Source: Enterobacter phage EcP1
DNA: 59,080 nt
Reading direction: 5' to 3' (one strand)
Sequence record: HQ641380.1
The position numbers and the translations under genes are program-made. Below are positions 26,722 through 37,321 of the stretch, in pieces. Below the pieces are notes generated by a model. It was not told where the DNA came from. It saw nothing but the letters and a program-made list of their open reading frames with translations, and made no database searches. How positions within the stretch are numbered: the stretch's first letter is position 1; each line of letters opens with the position of its first letter.

Positions 26722-29700
26722 TTATCTAATAATTCTGACTAAATCACCGCCTGCCCCCCAAAGTGGGTGAGCGGTGATACCGTTAAACATGTTACCGAAT
26801 CCTAAGTTATAGGAGAAACTTCCGGTAATAGCATTGGCATCAAAGATATTAGGTACACTATTAATACCACTTAACATCATCAGAACTTTAATAGGATTTT
26901 CACGTAAAGTACGAATCAGTATTTTCTGAATACGAATCTTATAATTAAGGAACCAAGTAGCACCAATCGCTTCCAGATATGATCGTGTGCGGCTAGGCAG
27001 AATATTGTAGTTAACAAATTCATCCTTAACTCGTGTAAGTGCCTGCTCATGAGAAAGCGGATTACGCTGAGTTGTAAGTTTCTTATACAGAGAATATTTA
27101 GCAACAAAGTCACCATACTGAATTGATTTATTCAATACAGCATACGTAGCACTATCTTTGGTTATCAGGATATTTTTACCAACATTTGAAATACCGGTTG
27201 GAATTTTAGAAGTAATACCTTCCAGTTTTTTCATCAATTGGCCTTTATAACCAAAATCATCTGTATCAAATTTCTCAGATATAGCTGGTAATAACCCTTC
27301 TGCAATTAACGGAGCCAGTGGATTACGTGCCTGCTTATCGCGTAACTCAGATAAACGTGATTTGTATTTACCTTGCTCTGACGGATTCTGACCTAACTGA
27401 ATGAGGTGGCTTAAACGAATAATTTCACGCTCATTCTTGCGGAAGTCTTCAGCAGCAACAGTAGCCAGTGAAATATCTTTAGCCATCTGAATTGGTGACA
27501 CACCAACTGTAGCCAGATGAACCATATTGGAAATAATGTTAGCAGCAGAGACTACAACCGAACGTACAACAATCCAGTCTTTAGCATTGCTCACAAATTC
27601 TTTCCATCCACGTTCACCACGAGACAGGTATACAGCAGCTTTATCACCGAGAATATTACTGGCAACATCTTTAAATACTCGCTGGAATGCGTTCAGTTCT
27701 TCAGAATTTTTATTCCATAATTCTGTTACTGAAGGCATACGATAACCTAAAGCATTATTCAGTAAATCTTTACGGATAAAAAGCTTACCAGATACAATTT
27801 GTTCCTTGATATGGCTCTTCATTTCAGGAGGCATTAACCGATAGATTTCACGAATCTGCGGGTCAGAAGATTTTCCTGAAACTTCAATGTACTGATCTGC
27901 TTTACCTTCCTTCATATCTTTTTCATACGTTGCTTTCAGCACATCAACTAACGTAGCATTGAATTTATCAGCCATTGATTCTTCCAATATACGTCCTTCC
28001 CATGCTCCCATATTCTCAGCAAAATCGTTTGAAGTTTCTAAACGAGCATCTCTGTTAGCAAAATCCATCTGATACGAATAAGAAACAACAGCACCATTTC
28101 TGTCAACCATAGGCTGCATATAGTTACCTTCAACTGGTACTGCAACATTAGAATCAAACATGCTCTGCATAGCATTGCGTTTAGCTTCTGTCATTTTTGC
28201 TGCCTGAGAACCAGTATAACTAACTGTATTAACTCCATTGATAGTCTGGCCTGCATACGGGTCAACGCCTGCTATGGTATGACGCAGAGTGCTCATAACA
28301 CCAGATACCCAACGAGGATTAGCACCTTCATTACTCTGGAAGTAATACATTGGTTCACGGTTAAAATCTGATGGGTCACGAGCAACTTGATTACCCATCA
28401 CATAACCTTTGGCAATTAAATCACTTCTCTGTGATAAAGGAGCAATAACCACTTTCTTATTAGGATTACCTAATGAAGGTGAATAACCTTTAGGCGCAGC
28501 AAATGAACCATCTACATCCAGTTTTGATACTTCTTCTTTTTTAAGCATGTTGTAATAATTCATGGTAAATGTCAGACCATTATTTTCAGGGTCTTTAGAC
28601 ATTTCCTGATTCATTACTTCCAGCAGTTTATTTTTACTTACTGAATCTGTTTTCTGAATTGCATACAGAGAAGCCAGAGTATCAATAAGAGGTGCAGCAG
28701 CAACCGGAATATTAACATTAGCAACAGATTTACCTGTACCAATCACATGAGCGATTGAACGCGCATTAGGCAACTGATATGGCATAGGTGATACACCGGT
28801 AACAATTTGTTGACCTAAACCAAGAGCAGACTTTTTGTAGAATGTAGCAATTTCAGTATCAGGCTGAACTGCATCAATCTTCGCTTCTATATCCTTAATC
28901 TCTTTTGTAAGAGCCGCATTGTCCTCTACAAGAGTTTTAAGCTTAGTAATGTCATAACCGTTAGCATAAAGATAACTCATGTCAGAATTGATTACAGAGC
29001 GTTGTATCGCCTGTTTGCTTTCTTTATCTAAAGACACATACTGACTTTCAATAATCTCAGGAACTTCTTCACGTAATACCTGACGAGCCTTCTCCTGAAC
29101 CATAGCAGTATGATCTTTCATGTCATGAATAACTTTATTAGCATCATTGGTTCCCAGCATTTCCTGAACCAATTCACCAAATGCACCTAACTTTTTATCG
29201 TAAAGGTTATTGATGAAATTAGAGACACCTTCACGTACTGCACCGGCAGCTTGTTCAGATGCAATTGATGCAGCAACAGCAGCAGTAGGAGCAACTGCAA
29301 TTTTCACATATTTGTTCAGCTTATCTGATGCAGCACCTTTTAGCATGGCATCAGCAATAGTATCTCTCACTCCTTGAATTTTATCTTCATAAGGCTGCGC
29401 TAATTCAGCAGCCTTGTCTTCGATTTTATTCAGGATAGATTGACGTGACTCTGCATCAAAATGGCTGAGGTTACGGTTAAGCTTATCCAAACGTGAACCA
29501 ATAGTACCAGATACACCAGACTTGCCAGCCAGACCTGATACCTTAGACATGACCAGACCAACGTAATATTCGATATTCTCTTTTAATCCTACCGGCTCAG
29601 ATTTTTTAGGCTGATAACCTGCAAGATTATCCAGAATATTTCTGAATTGTTCGTTGGTTGCTGCTAATGCAAGGAAGTTAGCCAGACGATTAGATTTACC

Positions 29701-32700
29701 AGACGCATCTGCTTTAACTGCACTATTACCAAATACTGCATCGTATTTAGCTTTGGCTAATCCCATTGTCATAACGTTATTGATATCCGGATTATCTAAA
29801 AACATTTCCGGAGTAACAGCACGTTTAGCAGTTTCATACAGACGATTAGCCTCAACAGTCTTAAATCCAAATTCATCCAGACCAGCTTTAAGAGAAACCT
29901 GCATCATCTTAAATACCAGCATTTCTTTTTCACTCATATTAAAACCATGAGCGATAAATGAATCTGCTGAGGTATCTACTTCAGGTGAAAGGTTATTAAG
30001 CAGTAATGTATCTTCAAAGGTTTCAATCCCTTCAATTGGCTTACCACGCTGTTTAACCAGATCATAAATACCGTTGGTAACATTCTGGAAAACATTATTA
30101 AGATGGTTCAGATGTTCAATAGAACTGTTACCATCAGATAATCGGTCATACATTGCATTGGCAGTCATGTTATTAACTGCGTCTGCATTCTGCTGATACA
30201 GTGGAGTAGCAGATTCAGATTCTTTAGACGCTTTAACAGAATCAACCAGAGATACTGTGTTACCTAACAATTTAGTAAAGTAACTATTAATACGGGTATC
30301 GGAACCAATAGCAAACAATGATTTGATTGCATCATAGATTCTGGAAATAAACTTAGTTAATTTACCTGAAGATTTATTTGAAGAAAGGGAATCCTGCATA
30401 TGCTGGTTAGTTAATCCCCATGCAACAAATTCGCTTAATGCTTCAAACTTTTCACCATTGCTTAAATGGTCTTCGATTAAATTAATTACTCGTTGCGATT
30501 CATTTGTCTTATCGACATTAGTATCAGCCATAAATTCCTGCATCAGCGATTCCAGATTAGAAATGGAATTACGTGCGTGCTTAGGCATTTTTTCAGGAGC
30601 AGTATAATAATCCTGAATAGCCTGCTGAGTACCCGCATGAATCAGTTCATGAGTAACAGTTTCGATAGATGGATTAGCAACAAAAATATTATTACCGATA
30701 GTCACAGCATTACCATCAAAAGAAAGATTACTGAATAAATCAGGATATTCTTTTCTGAGGTGATCTGAAATCTTATCGATTGAACCAAACTGAATAACAG
30801 TATCGGCAGGAATAAGAGGCATGATTTTACCTAATACATACCGATTAATTTTATTCTGCTGAGTAGGTTCTTTACTGGTTCGCAGTGAAACAATACGATT
30901 AATCGCATCTGCATTAACTGAAGTGAGGCCATTAGCATCAGTAGTACCTAATGCTTTTACCATTTCATTTAATACATTATCAGGAGCAGATACTACACGG
31001 TTAGTTGCTCTGTTTGGTTCAACAGGCAGGTTTACAGAATGCATCCATTTTTCAAGTGGTGTCATAGAGTCGGTAATAATTTCTGATGCTTTCCCAGCAA
31101 CATGATTATTAACAACACCTGAACCTGTCATTTGGTCGATAGATGATGGAATACCTGATTTAAATAAACCATCTTTTAAAGCTTTAACCCGAGCAGCTTC
31201 ATACTGTAAATCCTTCTTGAATTCTGCAATAAATGCAGGGTCAACAGGGTTGGTTAAATTTTCATTCTTCTGCACTTTCTTATATGACTTTTCAAGACGT
31301 GCTATAGCAGCATCAGACAGATTCAGATTATTGAAATCTACCTGAGTACCCTTATCAAATTTAGAGAAGAAATCTGAAAGTAAATCAAAGTTAGCCCATG
31401 AATTGATAACACCATTGTTAATGGCATGACTGCTTTCTGTCATACCGGTAATTGGTGCTTCATAGCCATCAAACACGTTTAATGCAGTATGCGGGTTTTC
31501 CATACGGGCTACAGCCTGCATAGATGCTTCCATAGACTGAACCAATAAAGGCATAGCACGTACACCCGGGTCAGTGAATGTGATAGCCTCAGTGCGGGTT
31601 ACAGCTTTCTTACCGTTAACTTTAGTCATGGATTCAACATTCTTAGAAGTGGAATTTTCTTCAAAACCCATCTCACCAAGATAAATACCCTGACTGTTTT
31701 TAGCAGTATCAGTATTGTTTGCAGTAAGCACTGAATTAAAGATAGGAGCATACTCACTCAGTTCAAAGAAAATATCTTCTACCTGTTTGCGAGATAAGTC
31801 TTCATACTTACTCAGTTCTCCTGCTTCGCGCAGTTCTTTTGTTTTTTCTTCTACTCTCTCGTTAAACTTCTGCAAGAAGATTTCATGCATAAGGTTAGAA
31901 GCATAAACCATCATATTCGCACGTTTAATAATAGTACCAAATTTATCTTTAATTGCTCTATTAACGTACTTACCTAATCCCATAGATACATTAATTCTTA
32001 CTGCACGAATTTGCTCCGGGGTAAAAGAAAATTCACTAACTTTTGTAATTTTAACTGGAGTTCCTACTTCAAAACTTTTAGTCTTAAATACAGTAAGAGG
32101 ATTAATAGCCTGAACCATATTCTGCAACTCGGACAGAATCATTTTCTTCTGATTTACAGATACTGCATTCTTATACTGAAGATTTAAATCACTCAGTTTT
32201 TCATAGAAAGTATCAATAATACCCTTAGCAATTTTATTATTAATTGCTGTAGGGGAACCGGAATACACGGTAACAGTGATTGGATTCTTAAGCAAACCAC
32301 GCTTAATATTCACATCAGTACCAGCATTCTCATTCTGAGTGAGTGTAATATCACCAACGAAATGAGATGCAGCTCTGATAATAGAAGCCTCATGCTCAAC
32401 CAGAGCAATGTCAGATTCCAACATATATTTATTTTTGGTTCCCACCATTTTAGCTACTTCAGCTTTCCATTTAGGTAACTGATTTACCTTGTCGTAGAAT
32501 GCTGTTAAAGCCTGCTGGGAAACTGTAGAAGTATCTTCATACAAATCAGTGAAACCCTTATTGGCTTCTTTGAATGAGTTGTATAACTGACCTTCTTCAC
32601 CAAAGAACATTCCGCCTTTCTTCAAAAGATTAAGCTGATTCTGGCTTAAATCATTTAACCCTAACTGGATAATGGCGTTGAACGGGCCGTTAGTAATACC

Positions 32701-35700
32701 ATCCAGTTCAAGGGTAAGATTTATAGGTACAAAAGTTTGACCAGACTGTTTAGCCAAATCGTAACGAGCCTGTGCATACAGACCATGCATTGATTTAGTT
32801 TTCTCTCCACCTAATTCAACTGCTTTCAGGATTGTCTGACGAATAGCATCATCAGCCTGACCATCATTAAGGATATACTTAATAGCATTGAGAGCAGGTT
32901 TAAAATCAGTAGCGAGCTTATCTGCTAACTGTTTTTCAGAAGTTTCTACAGATTGTTTATCAACTTTAATTCCAAGGCTTTGAGCCACTGCTAAATTAAA
33001 GAAGCGTTCATGCTCTATATTACCTACTTCCACCTGAGAAGGTGGCACAGTAACTAACTCACGATGCAGTTTAGTAGTCTGCGGGTTCCAGTCAGCACTG
33101 GATAAGTTCAGACGATAGTTAACACCTAAGTTATAAGCAAAACGTACTTTTGCTGTAGCAGGATCAATTCCCGCATTATTCATACGGTTCCACCCTGTAT
33201 GCCAACGCTCAATATCATTCGCAACAGTACGATTATATCCTTCGACAGATTTCTCATGCTCTTTATTCAATCCTTCGATAGGCTTAATACCAAGCATATT
33301 TTCTACAAATGGTTCACCCATAATATCAAACAGGAAACTATTTAATTCAGTATTCACAACATGATGCTGTTCAGAAGCTTTACGACGAGATTTAGCCAAT
33401 AATTCAGGAGCTTTCTGGAAGACTCCATTATGAATATTATTATCGGTATATCTTACTGGTTCGTTGAAAGCAGCAGTTTTCTTCTCTCTTTCAGGTACAG
33501 CCAATTCACCAAGAATATCATTGGAATCTTTCAACAGAGTGATAATGTCATTTACTGTCTGGTTATCAGCAACGTTAACAAATACACGAGTATTTTTACG
33601 ATTATCCTCATTAACTAAAGTTGAACCAAGTGATTCAAGTTCACTATTGGAAATGTTAGTAATCTTAAACATGTCCATGTTAACGAGTGTATTGTAAGCA
33701 TCTACTGCAATACCTTTGGATACTGCATCCACTACAGATTGTGGCGCATTTACATCAGGAGAGATTGCCAGAGTTTTCATAATATCTCTGGATAAATCGC
33801 TGAGAATATTATTACGGTCTGTACCAATTTCACCTAATGCTTCCCAATGTTCAGCAGTTGGTTCGGTTTTATTATCCAGACCGAGAATATCCATTACTGC
33901 ACGAGAGTCATTATATTTGACGAGAGGAGCAGATTGACCAAACCAACGCAGAGCATTGAGCGCCATAGAATCGATAACATGTTGTGCAGGTGCATATACA
34001 GTTTCTCCGTTAATTTCACGAGGTACTGAAAAGTATTGAGTAGGATTAGAAGACCAGTAAATACGTTCACCTTCTTTAGGTAAACTATCTACGTTATCAA
34101 AGAATGTTTTACTGAATTTAGTTTTAAAATCTTCGTACTCTTTCAGTACAGAAATTTCGTGTTCTGTTACTTTGAGAGGATCAATATGATTTTTAACTAA
34201 CTCACGCACATCAGTCAGAGGATTAGCTGAGTTCAATGCTTCAGATAATTTCTGACCAAAGTTTTCAGTATTAAATGCAAAGTTTTTATTCTGAGGTTTA
34301 AACCATTTTTTAACCTGATTAGTTGCCAGATATTTTTTATCGATATCAGATATTTTTGCATTAGCTTTTGTCTCAGGAACTACAGTTTCAGCAGGAATTT
34401 CCTGCATAACTTTTTCAGATACTTTGATATCTGTTTTGGTTCCCTCATTGGTAAGGGTAGCAATTTCGTTTTCTGTTTCTGCTACTGGTTCTGCTGTCTG
34501 TGTTTCTTCTTCTTTTGCAGGTACTGCTGTTTCTTCCTGTACGGCATCAGGAGCAGTTTTAATTTCTGCTTGTTCAGTTGCAGGGGCAGACTCTGTAGGC
34601 TTAACAGTAGCTTGCTTAGTCTGTTTTTCAGCATCTACGTAAATAGATTTAAGAGAAGCATAAGCATTAACTACAGCCTGAGCATCATTTTTCATAGATT
34701 CCAGTAATTTCTTACTGCGAACCGGATGTGCTGTCATAGCTGAACCATCAAGAGAACGATATGACTCACCGGTAATAGGGTTAGTAACCACTACAGGCTG
34801 ATCACCACTCTGCATGCTATTCATTACAGATTCAAAAGTATCTGCTTTAGTCTGCATATGGTCTGCGAAACGTCCGAGACGATTAACCTGCTGTAATGCT
34901 ACAGGTAAGTTACCAGAGTTAAGAGCTGAAATAGTTCTCTGCTGATATTCATTAATTCCGGTAAAACCATCTGAACCATTCAGAACATCATTGCTTACAC
35001 CTTCAGTATTCTTCTTCATCTGAGATGCAATTTTTAATTGCTGAACCTGCGCAGGAGTTAATTTAATAGCATCTGCGTGAGTCAGTAATTTATCAATAAT
35101 GCTGGCAGGTACTTTGGTAGCATCCAGATTAACCTGCTGAAGAATAGGGATAACAGATTTATATGTCTCAGGGGTGAAATCACCTGCATCCATTTTGGTA
35201 TTAACTTCCTCAGCAACTTTAGTGATAGCAGCTTCGGACAATGACATACCGCTGAAAGATTTATTGATAAAATCTACCAGAGGACTAGCCATAATTTGAG
35301 AGAATGCATCAATACCAGCCTGATACTGTGCTTTCTGTGCATCATCAGTAGCTGAATTATATGCGTCTGTGTATGCATCAACATAAGCCTGATAAGTATC
35401 TACAGCAATCTTACCGGCAATAATCATGTCACGTTTGGTTGTAGCATCATTTTCAGAAGATTTAATACCATTGATAACACGAGTAAGTACATCAGCAGGA
35501 GCATCAGTATTGATATCTAAATTCTTGAAAGTCTCTTTGGCTTTCTCAGTATGAACCAATGAATCAACAGGTACTGGCTCAGAAACTTTATTTTCTTCAG
35601 GAACAAATTGTTGTGCCTGTTTAGCAGCTTCATTTAATTCAGTAGCCTGTTTCTCTTGTCGTTTGGTTCCCGCTTCTCCGGCACGTTTATTAAGTTGATT

Positions 35701-37230
35701 GGCTACTACATTCATACCGGCAGTAACAGTATTCTGAGCACCGGAACCAATAACAGGAATAGCATGCGCACCGGATACAGTTGCACCCATACCCAAGCCT
35801 GCAATTAATCCCTGAGCACCTGATTGACCTAAACCATCAGTAAGAGATTTATTTTTATCAGCAGTCTGCACACCAACGTTAGAAGCAAACTGACCTGTAA
35901 CGCCCTGACCTAATTCTTCAGTACCTTCTTTAACGATACCACCAACTTTTGCACGGACACCTTGCAATGAACCTCTGTTCAGAGCATTGCCTTCAAAATT
36001 AGCAGCACCGGTTAATTTAGATACAAGCATACCTGAAGCACCGGCAATTAATGCGGTCTTATCCGTAGCTAATCCAATTACTCGTTGTTTAGCAATTTCA
36101 GGGGAGTTACCAGCATCAATGAAATCACGATAAGCTTCTGAATTTTTCATCAGATCTTCATGACTCATTTTAAAAATTTCATCACGAGCCTGATCAGCAT
36201 TTGAGAAGCCTTCGGTTAAACCAATATAACCTAATGCTGCTTTCTCGGATGCTTTCATTAATTCTTTCTTACCAACTTCTGTAGCCAGATACTCAGCAGC
36301 TTTTTCTTTACCTAAATTCTGAGTAATACCTTTTACAGTAGTTTTGAGTGCAATCTTACCTACCGCACCAGCAGTAAGCAGATCAGGTGCAGATTCAGCG
36401 GTATCAGTTAATGCAGCAACAGGGTTATCAGTATAGTTACCTAAAGTATCAAAAAATTGCTGTGCCTGATTAATAGCTTCAGAGAAACCAGCATTCATAC
36501 CAGAATTGATACGATCTTTACTTTCTTTCTCACGTAATTTTTTGGATTCTTCATTATCCATTTCCTGACGTTTTTGTTGGAACTGTGCAACATCAGAATA
36601 ATTTTCTTTACGGTCTTCTACCCACTGAGCTAATTTCTGAGTAGCTCCATCTTTAGTCTGGTCTAAACCACCATAACCTAATGCATCAATAACCGCATCT
36701 TCACCACCATCAATGACAGAGGCTACATCACGCAGTACTTCGTTAGCTGTACGGTCTAACATATCTACTAAGCCAAGACCCATACGACCAGTCTGACCAG
36801 CCCAAACAGTAGCAGCGTTAGCAACGTCACCAGCAGCTTCACCTAAATTATATGGGATATTATCCATACGATTGGTTTCTGCTTCCTGAAGTGCATTGAC
36901 GCGTTTTAAATCGGTACTGTCTGTACCATATACAGAATCAAACGTATTAGCAGGCATACCTGTCAGATATTCTGAGAATTGATTAGCAGGAGTAGGCTGC
37001 TCTGGCTGAACCAAATTACCCTGATTATCAGTTACAGGAATATCATTAACAATTGCAGGAGTCTCTACAGTAGGTTGCGGTACGGTCAACTGAAGTAACT
37101 CATTCTCTTTGTTATTAAAAATAGTATCCATAGATTCTCTTTTCTGAGAACCTGCATACTCAAGCATGCCCTGCTTTGTGTTCTGTACTGCCTCATTTCT
37201 TTTGAGGTAGTCTTCAAAAGGATTAGCCAT
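26722..37230 (-). CDS. virion-encapsidated giant RNA polymerase (N4 vRNAP-like)
   Basis: About 3500 aa single ORF; T7-like motif A DGITNGPFNAIIQ and motif B KNPITVTVYSGS in its centre; start set at MANPF (AGGGGA RBS) rather than the upstream ATG at 37296. Confidence 0.8.
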   Translation of the reverse strand: MANPFEDYLKRNEAVQNTKQGMLEYAGSQKRESMDTIFNNKENELLQLTVPQPTVETPAIVNDIPVTDNQGNLVQPEQPTPANQFSEYLTGMPANTFDSVYGTDSTDLKRVNALQEAETNRMDNIPYNLGEAAGDVANAATVWAGQTGRMGLGLVDMLDRTANEVLRDVASVIDGGEDAVIDALGYGGLDQTKDGATQKLAQWVEDRKENYSDVAQFQQKRQEMDNEESKKLREKESKDRINSGMNAGFSEAINQAQQFFDTLGNYTDNPVAALTDTAESAPDLLTAGAVGKIALKTTVKGITQNLGKEKAAEYLATEVGKKELMKASEKAALGYIGLTEGFSNADQARDEIFKMSHEDLMKNSEAYRDFIDAGNSPEIAKQRVIGLATDKTALIAGASGMLVSKLTGAANFEGNALNRGSLQGVRAKVGGIVKEGTEELGQGVTGQFASNVGVQTADKNKSLTDGLGQSGAQGLIAGLGMGATVSGAHAIPVIGSGAQNTVTAGMNVVANQLNKRAGEAGTKRQEKQATELNEAAKQAQQFVPEENKVSEPVPVDSLVHTEKAKETFKNLDINTDAPADVLTRVINGIKSSENDATTKRDMIIAGKIAVDTYQAYVDAYTDAYNSATDDAQKAQYQAGIDAFSQIMASPLVDFINKSFSGMSLSEAAITKVAEEVNTKMDAGDFTPETYKSVIPILQQVNLDATKVPASIIDKLLTHADAIKLTPAQVQQLKIASQMKKNTEGVSNDVLNGSDGFTGINEYQQRTISALNSGNLPVALQQVNRLGRFADHMQTKADTFESVMNSMQSGDQPVVVTNPITGESYRSLDGSAMTAHPVRSKKLLESMKNDAQAVVNAYASLKSIYVDAEKQTKQATVKPTESAPATEQAEIKTAPDAVQEETAVPAKEEETQTAEPVAETENEIATLTNEGTKTDIKVSEKVMQEIPAETVVPETKANAKISDIDKKYLATNQVKKWFKPQNKNFAFNTENFGQKLSEALNSANPLTDVRELVKNHIDPLKVTEHEISVLKEYEDFKTKFSKTFFDNVDSLPKEGERIYWSSNPTQYFSVPREINGETVYAPAQHVIDSMALNALRWFGQSAPLVKYNDSRAVMDILGLDNKTEPTAEHWEALGEIGTDRNNILSDLSRDIMKTLAISPDVNAPQSVVDAVSKGIAVDAYNTLVNMDMFKITNISNSELESLGSTLVNEDNRKNTRVFVNVADNQTVNDIITLLKDSNDILGELAVPEREKKTAAFNEPVRYTDNNIHNGVFQKAPELLAKSRRKASEQHHVVNTELNSFLFDIMGEPFVENMLGIKPIEGLNKEHEKSVEGYNRTVANDIERWHTGWNRMNNAGIDPATAKVRFAYNLGVNYRLNLSSADWNPQTTKLHRELVTVPPSQVEVGNIEHERFFNLAVAQSLGIKVDKQSVETSEKQLADKLATDFKPALNAIKYILNDGQADDAIRQTILKAVELGGEKTKSMHGLYAQARYDLAKQSGQTFVPINLTLELDGITNGPFNAIIQLGLNDLSQNQLNLLKKGGMFFGEEGQLYNSFKEANKGFTDLYEDTSTVSQQALTAFYDKVNQLPKWKAEVAKMVGTKNKYMLESDIALVEHEASIIRAASHFVGDITLTQNENAGTDVNIKRGLLKNPITVTVYSGSPTAINNKIAKGIIDTFYEKLSDLNLQYKNAVSVNQKKMILSELQNMVQAINPLTVFKTKSFEVGTPVKITKVSEFSFTPEQIRAVRINVSMGLGKYVNRAIKDKFGTIIKRANMMVYASNLMHEIFLQKFNERVEEKTKELREAGELSKYEDLSRKQVEDIFFELSEYAPIFNSVLTANNTDTAKNSQGIYLGEMGFEENSTSKNVESMTKVNGKKAVTRTEAITFTDPGVRAMPLLVQSMEASMQAVARMENPHTALNVFDGYEAPITGMTESSHAINNGVINSWANFDLLSDFFSKFDKGTQVDFNNLNLSDAAIARLEKSYKKVQKNENLTNPVDPAFIAEFKKDLQYEAARVKALKDGLFKSGIPSSIDQMTGSGVVNNHVAGKASEIITDSMTPLEKWMHSVNLPVEPNRATNRVVSAPDNVLNEMVKALGTTDANGLTSVNADAINRIVSLRTSKEPTQQNKINRYVLGKIMPLIPADTVIQFGSIDKISDHLRKEYPDLFSNLSFDGNAVTIGNNIFVANPSIETVTHELIHAGTQQAIQDYYTAPEKMPKHARNSISNLESLMQEFMADTNVDKTNESQRVINLIEDHLSNGEKFEALSEFVAWGLTNQHMQDSLSSNKSSGKLTKFISRIYDAIKSLFAIGSDTRINSYFTKLLGNTVSLVDSVKASKESESATPLYQQNADAVNNMTANAMYDRLSDGNSSIEHLNHLNNVFQNVTNGIYDLVKQRGKPIEGIETFEDTLLLNNLSPEVDTSADSFIAHGFNMSEKEMLVFKMMQVSLKAGLDEFGFKTVEANRLYETAKRAVTPEMFLDNPDINNVMTMGLAKAKYDAVFGNSAVKADASGKSNRLANFLALAATNEQFRNILDNLAGYQPKKSEPVGLKENIEYYVGLVMSKVSGLAGKSGVSGTIGSRLDKLNRNLSHFDAESRQSILNKIEDKAAELAQPYEDKIQGVRDTIADAMLKGAASDKLNKYVKIAVAPTAAVAASIASEQAAGAVREGVSNFINNLYDKKLGAFGELVQEMLGTNDANKVIHDMKDHTAMVQEKARQVLREEVPEIIESQYVSLDKESKQAIQRSVINSDMSYLYANGYDITKLKTLVEDNAALTKEIKDIEAKIDAVQPDTEIATFYKKSALGLGQQIVTGVSPMPYQLPNARSIAHVIGTGKSVANVNIPVAAAPLIDTLASLYAIQKTDSVSKNKLLEVMNQEMSKDPENNGLTFTMNYYNMLKKEEVSKLDVDGSFAAPKGYSPSLGNPNKKVVIAPLSQRSDLIAKGYVMGNQVARDPSDFNREPMYYFQSNEGANPRWVSGVMSTLRHTIAGVDPYAGQTINGVNTVSYTGSQAAKMTEAKRNAMQSMFDSNVAVPVEGNYMQPMVDRNGAVVSYSYQMDFANRDARLETSNDFAENMGAWEGRILEESMADKFNATLVDVLKATYEKDMKEGKADQYIEVSGKSSDPQIREIYRLMPPEMKSHIKEQIVSGKLFIRKDLLNNALGYRMPSVTELWNKNSEELNAFQRVFKDVASNILGDKAAVYLSRGERGWKEFVSNAKDWIVVRSVVVSAANIISNMVHLATVGVSPIQMAKDISLATVAAEDFRKNEREIIRLSHLIQLGQNPSEQGKYKSRLSELRDKQARNPLAPLIAEGLLPAISEKFDTDDFGYKGQLMKKLEGITSKIPTGISNVGKNILITKDSATYAVLNKSIQYGDFVAKYSLYKKLTTQRNPLSHEQALTRVKDEFVNYNILPSRTRSYLEAIGATWFLNYKIRIQKILIRTLRENPIKVLMMLSGINSVPNIFDANAITGSFSYNLGFGNMFNGITAHPLWGAGGDLVRIIR

Positions 37231-37321
37231 TTTATCCCCTGTTAAAAATGAAAAAAGGTTTGTTGATATCTTACATTTAAAATGAAGAACCAACAAACCT
37301 AATATATAGCTTAAAGTGTAA

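Noticed and set aside
27517-34642. Multiple 60-98 aa + strand ORFs inside the vRNAP gene
   Set aside because: Antisense to a 10.5 kb continuous ORF with polymerase motifs; typical shadow ORFs.
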